From: Chromera velia | Taxonomy: Eukaryota | DNA: 64,000 nucleotides | NCBI GenBank assembly: GCA_018398765.1 | Contig: JAHBMJ010000532.1 | Span: 62,001-126,000 of the forward strand | Reading direction: 5' to 3' | Part shown: positions 49,554 to 60,387 of the stretch, in pieces | Position numbering within the stretch: position 1 is the stretch's first letter | Layout of the letters: every line of letters starts with the position of its first letter | Position numbers and translations under genes: made by a program | Notes under the pieces: generated by a model | What the model saw: the letters and a program-made list of their open reading frames with translations, nothing else | Database searches by the model: none | Told to the model about the DNA's origin: nothing

Positions 49554-51133
49554 TCAATGCCGGGGGGGCCGCGCCCCCCCGTCCCCTTCCCCCGATTCCC
49601 CCCCCTTCAGTCCATTGATGTGCATAAGGCTCTGTACAACAGAGGCATCTGTTCCCGATGAACCTGTTCCCATAGATACATCGGTGGGCGGGGAGGCCTG
49701 AGAGGGCTGCTGTTCTAATGATCTCGGGAAGAACGTGACTTGCCCCATCGCGCACCCCTCTGCTCTGGAGTGTGTGCTCTTCATCTCATCCTCTTCAGCT
49801 GCGGGCCCCCCTTCCCACCCGTCAGCCCCGAACAACCCAGAGCGAGGGGCCCCCCTAGGCACCTCCCCGAAGCCACCTTTCATCGGGATGCACTCACCCC
49901 CGAACTTCGACGGAGCACGTTGGTCTTTCTCGACCGTGCCCGGATTCCCTCCGAACCCCCTTGCCCCACGTTTCGGCGCACCCGGCCTGTCCGCTCTAGC
50001 AGGCTCTGGGGATAGACTGTCTTCGGCGAAACCGGGGGACCTCCAACTACCCTTGAGAACGGGGTCCCTACCCCTGCCCAGGCCTCTCTTTCATCATTCC
50101 CATCCCTCTCTCCCCTGTCTGGCAGACCGGTCTGCCACTCCTGCAGAAACTCGTAGAGACGACGGGTGACGACTTTCTCCCCCTTGAGCCCCTTGGTTGC
50201 AGCATTCCAATCCTGGTAGACCTGGGCGTATTTGGAGATGAGGGCTTGTTGGGCGAAGGAGGCCTCCCCCCCCGCCTCCGCATCGAGGGCTTTCTACACC
50301 CGCACGAAGAGACGGAACAGTGGGGTGGTACCCCGATGGATGAAGACCCTCCCCGTGGATGCCCTCTCGTCCGTTGAGAGGGAACTGGAGTCTGCGGGGG
50401 GCCAGAAGATCGATCCATCCCTATTCACTCCCTCCCTCTCCTTCACCGAATCCACTATATCCATCTAGTCCCCCCGATCACCGGAATCCAGAGTGATCTC
50501 GGCCTTGTGTCCCCCGTCTCTCTCTGTTCAGTACCTGAAGTGACGGATCTGGAGTTGCTGGGAGACCTGGGAGGGGTTCTCCTTTCCGGCGGCCTCGGCC
50601 AGATCGGAGAAGAACAAACGAACGGGGGTAAAGGACGAGAAGTGCTTCCTCTGTTGAGGGAAAGCGACCTGCTTCACCCATCTTCCGTTTCCGTCAAGCA
50701 CTTCTTTCTTCCTTTCATTCTCATAATCTATGATAGAGGCGACCGTGACCGCAGTGCATTGGGAGAAGTCGAAACCACAAATGATGAGATCACCGATCTT
50801 TCTTTCTCTCGCCTTGAACTGATCATCAATCATACGACCCGTCTCTCTCTTCTCAAGTTTGGAGATCCTCGTCTCCGCTCTCTGGATTTTCTTGCCCTGC
50901 CCTTAGACTTCGTTGTTTAACTTATCCTGATTTTCCTTCGACTTTCTTTCTCTCTCGTCCATTTTCTTTTCCATTCTTTGTTGAGACCGGAAAATATCTT
51001 TCAGCGTAACCTCGGCATCATCAGACGCGTCCGCGTGCCCTGCCCCGCGCCCATCCTCCCCCCCGGGCTTGCTTTGGTCTCCAGCCTCCTGCTGGGCCTC
51101 TTGGGCACTTCCACTTCCCTCTGGATCTGCCAT
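49554..51133 (-). pseudogene. LINE ORF1 remnant (coiled coil followed by an LIICG RRM-like start)
   Basis: One frame continues from ATG 51133 through in-frame stops at 50903, 50528, 50465 and 50294; the 3' extent is approximate. Confidence 0.7.
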
Positions 51134-52931
51134 CCCTACGGGAGGAAAGAGTTCGAGAAGAAGAGACGGAGACGGAAGAAGTCAAATAACGAGAACTCCG
51201 CCCACAGCCAGGCCCACAGTTCACTCCTGAATACGAGAAAACGATCACTGAGAATTCACTGGCAAACTGGTTGCCGCTGTAGCTGCAGGAGCTTTGTAGA
51301 AGCTCAGAAGAAGAAGAAGAAGAACACTCAGCAGCGAAGAAAAAAAAAAAAAATAAATAAAGCGAAGAAATAAATATTTTTTATATTCAAAGGTAATATC
51401 CAGAGCTAGCCTGGCAACTCGAGTCATTTAGTGAGTCATTCAGACTCATTCTGGAATCATCGAACCAAGTCGGATCAAGTCGGGCTAGAAGTCGGGCCAA
51501 TAGAATAGTGTTTGAACAGATGCGATCTCTTGCGATCTCCACTGAAACCATATCCGCCACTTAAACATGATCGATCTTTCCGCCTCTCGATCCATGTTTC
51601 ATGATGTTAATACAAGGGTTGGACGACGTTTACTCTGACTCGACTGGCAGAATCGAACTTGAAAGGACGGCACAGGCTCCTTTAAAACACCAGCCTCTTT
51701 CCTCTCTATATGCACACAAATGCTCGAAGCCTGGAATAGAACACTCATGAACGAACAAACGGCCCTTCATGATCACCGGCAGCGGTTGCAAGAAACGAAG
51801 AACCTCTACAGATTCATTACGTTGGTTGACCCCTTCAATGCATTCCATTCTGCTCGACCGCAGCCCTTCAGAACAGGGAGATGAGAGAAGACCAACACCC
51901 TGCTGCACGTGAATTCGCTCTGTCTTCTTTCTCTTTTTGTATACACACGCCCTCCAACAAACTGCCCTCCCATCGTCTTTCTGAGGCTGATGGAAAGAAT
52001 GCATGGCTTTGATTCACCTCGATCCAGGCAGATTCTTCCGACCCATCTCCGTCCTCTCCCTTGATTCACCTCCAGGCAGATTCTTCCGTTGATTCACCTC
52101 CGTCCTCTCCCTCTTCTCTACAGTTCTGTCTACCTATTTGTTTTTCTGTCTTCTCTTCTTTTGTCGCTTCTCTTCAGCATCAACACAGACACCAACGCGA
52201 AAGAGAAAAAGGAGTCATGCAATGGAAAGAAAGCCAAGACGAGACGCTGCTTTTCCATCCGAGCTTTCCCTTCCCACACGGCACAGACAGACAGACAGAC
52301 AGCCAAGATGGCATGCACTGAAGAGGAACGGAATGCGGATCCATTGCACAACAAACAGAAAAGAAGGGGTGTGCTCTTTTGGACAAATCAAGAACGATCC
52401 ACAGGGAGTATCAACAACGAGTCAGAAAAGGGAAGAGAACGGTCGCCTTGCATTCAATTTTTCCCTCCTTCTCCTCTCAACCTGTCCACCCTCTCTTTCT
52501 CTCAATGCCCCTCCTGCAAGACAATGCTCCCCCCCTCGCCTCTGATGCACACGCCTTCAAATAAACAACACCTTCAACCGAGGATGGAGGAGTCTACAAA
52601 GCATGCATACAAGCACCAACAGATACATGCAGAGACAGGCACAACGAATCGCTCCCCGGGTCTGCTTTGCTTCGCTCCCAGAAAGCCAACCGATGGAAGA
52701 ACAGGTGACGCGCCCTCCCCCTCCTCATGCAACCAAGAAAGGGTGACAGATCATTCAATTTGGCTGGCGGTCTGTTGCTCCTATCCATGACCGCCTGCCT
52801 GACCGACCGACCAAACAACTCAGTGGGTGACGCCGCCCACTCCCCCCCTCTGTTGCTGGATTGATCGACGGATGCTTCATCGATCAGTCACACACAACCT
52901 CGATCAGTTGCTCAGTCACCCAGTCTGTCAC

Positions 52932-53711
52932 TTAGGCGCTCTCCTGCACCCCCATTCTCTGCTTCTTTGCATCTCTGCCCTCACACTCGTCAGAGGTCGT
53001 CTGTGCGCTCACGGTCTCAGACGCCAGACGCTTCTGCTGCTGTTGGGTGCCTGCTTTCAATGGGAGGGACAAAGAAAGAAGGAAACAGGCAAAGAAAGAA
53101 CAACTATGCAGCAGAGACATGCATACACGAAACGGAACGCTTGACAAAACCCAACACACACAGAAAAAAATGCGGAAAGAACAATTGGAGGAACAAACAA
53201 ATCACACGAAATGAGTCATGACATCCGACGAGCGAGCCAACGCACAGTCCCTCCCTCAAACTCTCCTTCCAATGGACAAACAAAGAAAGTGCTGGAGAGG
53301 AGCGACAGACGCGATCTCAGCACAGCGTGCAGAATGACCTCGAAAAGAAAAAAGAAAGCGGGAGCTTTCAATGTCAAGACAAAAAAAAAGAGAGCTTCTT
53401 ACCAGAAGGCGCAGCATCAGCAGCAGGGGGAACGGCACCCTCGACGTCCTCTTCATCTTCTGCACACAACGACAGACACATTCACAGAGACAGAAAGAAA
53501 GAGAGAGGGAGAGAGGACGATGAAGAAGATACATACAGGAATAAACTTATGCAATGAGGAAAGAAGGCACGGCGCCAGAGAAGGACCGGCAGCCGCGCGC
53601 ACGATAGAAGGCTCTCCACTCCATCCCATTCCATTGCATTAAACAGAAAGACAGACAGAAGGGCAGACACACTCTAAAGACAAAGAAGGGACGTCCCCTA
53701 GGAAGGGACCA

Positions 53712-53748
<37 letters not shown>

Positions 53749-54347
53749 TCATTCTGCCTGTCGAGCTGTCTCTCTGTGGGGGCTTCTTTCTGTACCCTCT
53801 CTTGTCTTCTGTTGCTCCCGCTCCACCCACCCTCCCCGGGGGCTTACCGTCGAAGTCCTCTTCTTCTTCGTCCTCCTCCCCGTGTGCTCCTGCCTCGAAG
53901 TCGTCGTCCTCTCCGTCGTCCTCCTCTTCTCCACCCTCACCTTGGTAGTTCTGCAGGGCACAATCAGGGAGAGAGGGAGAAGGAATTTATACATAGATAG
54001 AAGGGAGGGAGGAAGGAGAGAAATGAGAGCGCAAAAAAAGGAAGGGACCGAGTGAGAAACCTCTACAAGATTCTTCTCTTCATGCAAGGGGAAGCACAAA
54101 TGACATGGCGCAAGATGGAAGACACTCAAGGAGAAGCACTGACCCTCTAAACGACAAGAGAGCGAAAGCGAAGGAAAAGAAGACGGAAGGAAGGTCAACC
54201 GGTATACGACGAGACAATTCAACAGAGAGAAGACAGGAGACAAAGACACAAGAAAGAAAAAACAGGATTGAAGTTCAAGGGGGAATGAGTAGACAGGAGA
54301 TGCCAGTCTAGCTACTTCTGCGGAGGCATTCAACAGTAATACTTACA

Positions 54348-54388
<41 letters not shown>

Positions 54389-55704
54389 ACGCACACGCAC
54401 ACACACACACACACACACGCACGCACAGGCACACGTACAGACGCTCACTGACCTTGGAGTACCAGCTTGCGAGCATGGCTCTGTTGTCGTCCTCTTCCTC
54501 GTCGTCGTCCTCGTCTTCATCTCCGTCGTCGTCCATCTCCCCCGCCATCATCTTCTGGATGACGTCCTCCGTGAGGCCTGCCTGTCTGAGTGCCTCTGCT
54601 TCCTGGGCCAACGCTTCCTCTTCATCATCGAACTCCCCCTCCTCACCGTCGAAGTCCTCTTCGTCCTCGTCGTCCCCGTCTGCCCCCTCACCCCCTTCCT
54701 CCTCCTCTGCCGGCTCTGCACCGTCAATCTCCTCCAGGTAGTCGATCTCGAAATCGTCGATCGTGTTTCCCTCCCTGTCCTGTCCGTCGATGGCTTTCAG
54801 AGACGGAATGAGGTCAAACACGGCCTTGCGGTAATTGTCCTCGTCCTCTTCCGCGAGGGCACAGCGCTCGAGAGAGAGCCGCTCTAGCTTCGTCAGAGCA
54901 GTCTGCACACGTACACACAAACACGCAGAGAGCGAGAGATGCACAGGCACACATGAAGATGTACCAATGGGGCAGACAGAGAAGGGAGGTAAGAAGGAAG
55001 GACGCGGAGAAATGAAAGCAACCTGGGAAGAAAAAAGGGAAGAGAAAAGAAAGCCACACAGAAGCAAAGAAAGCTCATTGAGCATAGGGAGAGAAGGAGA
55101 GGGGGAAACGCGATGAGTAGACGAAAGAAAGAATGACAAGGTCGGGTCACTCAGATGACAGCTACAAATCAAAGACAAGGCTAATACCCAAACGAGATTG
55201 GAAAACGTTTGCGGCTGAAGAAGCAATTGAGATGAACAGGCAGGCAAAGCGAGGGGTAATGACCGGTACCAAGGAACACAAAAAAGACGAGAACTTAGGA
55301 ACACCCAGAGGAAAAGAAGAGAACAGAATGCCGTCTCCACTGACCAAGGGCTTCAAGTCGTCAATCTTCTTGATGGGGTTTCCTCCCAGGCACAGCGTGG
55401 TGAGGTTCGGGACGTTGGCGATGTCATTGAGAACTCCTTCTCGGATGAAGTTGTCAGACAGCAGGAGCTGTTTGATGCTGTCGGACTTAGGAAGGTTGGC
55501 CAGGGACTTAATGTTACACCTCATCAAAGACAGACTCAGGAGACTGTCGCAGTTCTTGAGAGAATCAGTCTCTTCCGGATGGAATCCGAGCAGTTTCTTT
55601 CCATCCATGTAAATGCGGGTCTCGTTCTCCAGGGATCCCTCGTCCTCCTCGAGCTCGGTCTTGAGCTCATTCAGGACTTTGGAGAACAGCTTGTTGTCCC
55701 CCAT
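52932..55704 (-). CDS. ANP32: ANP32-family acidic leucine-rich nuclear phosphoprotein, about 5 exons (55704-55345, 54902-54453, 53950-53848, 53459-53403, ~53053-52932)
   Basis: LRRs (LANLPK..IKQLLLSDN, PNLTTLCLGGNPIKKIDDLKPL), LRR cap (NYRKAVFDLIPSLKAIDGQD), long D/E tail and C-terminal KKQR NLS. Confidence 0.88.
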
Positions 55705-55994
55705 CTTTCTTGTCTGATCTTCCGTTGGGACTCGGGAAAAAGGTTCCAAGAGAGGCAACACCTTGACACAAAACACAACCTCCAGACTCGAATACACAAC
55801 ACACGCCCTGTACACACTCTTCAACAGAACTTTTGCATACAACTCCGACCAACCAAAACAGAACCTCGTGGGGTAAGCTCGGTTTTGTGCCAGGTTGAGG
55901 ACATCTTCGGAAGAAGATTGACCCAATTTGACCCATTTTTGTGATTTTTTGTGAGCTCTCTTTTTCGATTTTTTTTTTTTTTTCAGACTTTGCG

Positions 55995-56070
55995 GTGCCA
56001 TGCATGCACGCGCGCGGCATGCATGAGGACCCCGAGGCATCCCCGATGCCGCGGGGGCTCAGGCATGCCT
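55995..56070. promoter_or_regulatory. Putative bidirectional promoter core between ANP32 and CPSF100
   Basis: CATGCATGCACGCGCGCGGCATGCATG plus a long inverted repeat, between divergent ATGs at 55704 and 56486. Confidence 0.55.
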
Positions 56071-56485
56071 CCGCGTTCAGTGTCAGACGCACTGAGATGG
56101 CGTCTCCAGGACCGAGACAGGCCCGGTCAGCCGTCTCCTCGTCTCCTGCAGGATCGATGTCTTCACGACTTTTGACAGTCGATTGTCACACACGCTAACA
56201 ACCTCTGTCCGTCTACGCTGCCTGATGCCGTTCGCAGATGCATTTCTTTCATGGTCAAGACGATCAGCCGTCCCGGTGCCTTTGTGCAGTGTCAGAAGGC
56301 CTCGACCGATGTAGGTAGGGCGGGGACGAACGGCAGGACCCTGTATGTACTGAAGTTTCGGCAGGCAATATTTGCTCTGCGCTCTGAGCATCTCGTAAGC
56401 GTGAGGAAAAGACTCCAGTGGGTCTTTCTCACAGACACCTGAGAAAAGGGGTGACTGTCGAGAGACGCTCACAAGAATTGGAATC

Positions 56486-58822
56486 ATGTTGAGGGTTCGA
56501 GTTGTGGAGGCTGGAGGGGATTCGGAGTCCTTCCTTTTGCAGTTGAACGACCTGAATATTCTAGTGAATTGCGGGAGTGATGACTCATTCCAGTGCGACC
56601 ACGTGAAGGATCTCTTAAAGTGAGCTGCCAGGGGTCTCCCCCGTCTCCCTTGGCTCCGTCTACTGTACTTCTCTATCCGGGTGTTTTGTCTCCAACCAAT
56701 ACCCCTCAAGCTGTGCTTGATCCCTTGATGATCCTTACTTGTTTGACTTTGGGGGCAAGTTAGCTCGATACCCGTTCTCTTCTCGATATTGTGAACTCAG
56801 CAGGGATTGGACCTGCTTCTGTTCCAAATTGCTCAGACGGTCAATCAATCCCATCGAATCCATCCATGTATGTACATTCATCAAGGCGGAATGCAAATAA
56901 ATTCACCAGCAGCGGTCCTTATCCTGTCTGAGATATGGATGCAGATGTGGCCCAATCGGTGCCGTTCTGATCACCCACGGCTCCGTGGACTGTTTGGGTG
57001 GACTTCCGAAGGTCTTCGAGGAGTTTCAACTCTCCGTTAGTCAATCGCTCTCTTGTGCTTTCTGTCTGATCTGGGCCCTGTTTCCTTCCTTCGTTTCATC
57101 TTCTCCCTTTTCTGCTTCGATGAGTTAACTCTACTGAGCTCATCAAGTGGCCTGAGTCGTCTTTCTGTGAGTCTTTAGCGAAGGAAAGAAAAGATCTCAC
57201 GGAACTGCAAGAGAAGGTCAGAAGGAGCGGGAAAAGAAGTCTGTCATTCTTCACATGCGTCGTGTCTCCGAATTAGCAAAAGCATCAACTGTCGTGTTCT
57301 GATCTTGTCTCCGGTATCCCGTCTGCCCGCCTGTCTGCAGTGCCCTGTGGTTGTCACAGACGCCACTCACAAACTGGGCAGGGCTTGCCTCCTCGAGGCA
57401 TTAGAGGCACAAGCAGCGTGCGGCAGTGAGCCCCTGCCCGCGGGACAGGTGGTGCGTTTCTTCGACGAGTTCACTGTTAGGGTTCGGTTCTTCGAGACTG
57501 TCCCTTTGGGAAGCCTCCAAGTGAAAGGAGGAGAGGGGCAACCTCCCGTGTCTGTTCCTGTGCGGGCGGTTGGGTTGCCTTCGGGGGGTGCAGTTGGCGG
57601 ATGTGTCTGGCGACTGGTGGTCGGATCGGAGGAAGTCATCATCGCTCCACGGGTGTCTTGGGGTAGCGAAAGGTCAGGCTGTCAGCCTGTGAGTGAGAAC
57701 TGGCAGGCACGTAGTCTCTTTGGGACTTCAGACAGAATTTGGTTTAATTAGTTCTCCGCTGCATGAGCTTTGTTGTCCCTTTTCGGCGTTTCTTTTTAGT
57801 TATGCCCTCCATGCAACTCGGCGTCGTTTGAAAATTTTCTCTCATCTCTCTTCTTTGGAGTTCTGCTGCAGGGTCACAGAGGGATGCATGCGTTGGCTGT
57901 CCTCTGATGGAACTGGGGAGGCGTACAGAGTGGCCCCGGCCTCTAAGGGCCCCAGTCGGGCCCCCAATTTGTTAGTGACTCGACTTCGGTCACGCAAGGC
58001 GTTCACAGTTGACCCGGGGCCGCAGGCCGTGGCAGTTGGCCTTGGTGTTCCTTCTCTTCCTTCTGTGGGGGGGGAGAAGGAAGGCAGAAGAGGCGGTCAC
58101 GGTCAGAGCACAACACCATTCGGGAGCATTCGGGGGCTCCCGAGAGTTGCCGTTGAATGCGCTTTGTTGGGTGAGTTTGGATGGCTGATCGTGGAGTTTC
58201 TTCCACTTTTGTCTTTCTTTGTTCCATCCAATTCTATCTGCGTCCCTTTTCACACTTTGTCTCTCTCTGTCGCTATGCCTACTTGCGTCTCACCCACTTC
58301 CCCTTCCATCACAGGTCTTTTTGAGTCTTTAGTCGAGGAGAGTGTCTCTCTGCCTGTGACTTACTTGAGTGAGTATGCGTGTGATTGATGTGTCCATCCA
58401 TCCCTTGTTTCTCCCTCCCTCTCGATCTACCCCTCAATTCTGTTGTGCAGACACGATTATAGAAACCTTGAAAGAGAGAAAAGGGGACGTGCTGATCCCT
58501 GCAGATACTACAGGTGAGTGCCTCAAGAGGTGGGGGGTGACTGTTGGGAGTCGGTAGGGTATGCGTGAGTGCCTCTTGAAATTGTGTGAGTTCATTGTCA
58601 GATAGGCTCGGTGCTTCGTACGAGTGGGTGACTCAGTCAGCATGATAAAAGAAAAAGAAAGAAAAACTGACAACAGAACTGAGAGAACAGCAGATGGACC
58701 CGTTGTTTCTGAAGGAATAACAGAAAGAAAGAAACATCGTTTCTAAGACAAAAGAGAGAAAAAGGGGTCAGTTGGTCGGGATACCCGAATGACGCTCTTC
58801 TTGCGTTTCTTCGCTGGTGGTG

Positions 58823-58884
<62 letters not shown>

Positions 58885-60356
58885 TTCTTTTCCTGGAAGA
58901 TCTCTCGAGGTCTTAAGAGAGCGGAAGGAGCTGTCCTTGAGGTTTTCCTCCCTCCTGTATGTTTTCTTTTCTGCTCGGGCTGCACTCTTGTGTTCCCTGT
59001 TAATTCTCTTGTCCTTTTTCTCCCTCGCAGACAGGGGCTTAGAGGTTCTTTTTCTTCTTCAGGACGTCTGGGACAGTCTGCTGACGGGCTGCCTCCTTGT
59101 GCTCCTGTCGCCTCTTGGGTCGGTAGGATGCAGAAGAGTGGGTGGGTAGTAGGGTCTTGGTTGCCTTCCTTCTTTTGTCTCATTTTCTTGAAGTGGTCTA
59201 AATACAGCACGTGCACGGGCTTTCGGATTTGTCCAGCCCTATACTTTGTGCATGAAGGTTTTTGAATTTGATTGTCAGACAGAGAAGGGAGGGAAAAGTT
59301 TGTCAAGGAAAGTGAAAGAGAGAGAATGCGGCCCAGGAAGGGATGCCGTCTTGCTTCGAGTTCAAAGTATGCAGAGCGAATGGTTGGTTTGATCGGATTT
59401 TTTGTTTTTCTTCTTGTGAGCGTGAACAGGCTTCAGCAGTTGTGGGTGCGAGTGATAAGAACTTGCCGTTCGGCTGCTCAGTCGCATTTTGCCTCTCCGT
59501 CTCTCTCAGGTTCTCTCCCATGTGTATGTGTGTGCGGGTATGTATCGATGCATCTGTTCATCTGGGTCTGTTTCTCTGTCGATACATGAACACACCCAGA
59601 GGCTTGCATGTTTCTCTGTGTAAGTACATGCAGTCCCTCTTTCTGTGCACAACCGCTTGAATGCAGGGAAAGAGTGCTGCGGTTCGCTTCGACGCTTGTT
59701 GATTGGATGAGTGACGAGATCAGAAACGCCTTCGCCAAAGAGAGGTGGGTGGATCCGGGACCTCGGTGGAGGGCACAGAAGATGAAGGGAGAAAGAACCG
59801 AAAAAACAAAGGGAGAAGGAAGAATCTGGCTGACTCATGTGTTCTACTTGTGTCACTCACTCTGCTGTGTCAGGAAATAAAAGTTTCTTTTTGCTCCCCA
59901 CCCTGACCGCCTCCCCCGATTATTTCTCTCTTCCCCTTTGCTTGTTCTCTTTCTTTTTTTTCTTTTTTTCTTTTTTTCTTCGATAGTTCTTTTGTTTTCC
60001 CGTTGTGTTTAGTCGGGGCCTCCTTTGTTAGTGAAACGATCCTTGATGAGTGAGAGCTTGTATTTCTGCGCGTGCGTTGGGAAATCTCTGTGAGAGTTTC
60101 CTGTCCTGCCCTCGCGTGCGCTCCCCCTCTTCACCATGCATCGAACCCCAGGCCTTCTTTTGTACGCATGTACGCACACATGCTGATGGGCACTTTCCAA
60201 GGGAAAGACCAAAAAGAAAGAAGCTGCCTTCGTGTCTGTCAGTCTATCTTTGCGCGCTCTCTCTCTTTTGTGCGTGTATTTGTACGTCCGTGCGTTGACG
60301 TTGATGTATGCACACACACTTCGATGTTTACATATATGTAGATATGTACGCGCGTG

Positions 60357-60387
<31 letters not shown>

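Larger units (their letters stand above)
42591..51350 (-). mobile_element. Near-full-length decayed non-LTR retrotransposon (APE-type LINE, RTEX- or CR1/L2-group-like) with (ATC)n tail; 5' end approximate
   Basis: ORF1 remnant, APE, RT, C-terminal CCHC finger and microsatellite tail, all co-oriented; no TSD found. Confidence 0.92.

Noticed and set aside
50294..50905. Stop-codon reassignment explaining the in-frame stops
   Set aside because: All three stop types occur, only in the transposon, and host genes end at standard stops.
51540..51615. TSD for the LINE
   Set aside because: Only short or inverted CATCATG-like matches to the 3' flank; no convincing direct repeat.
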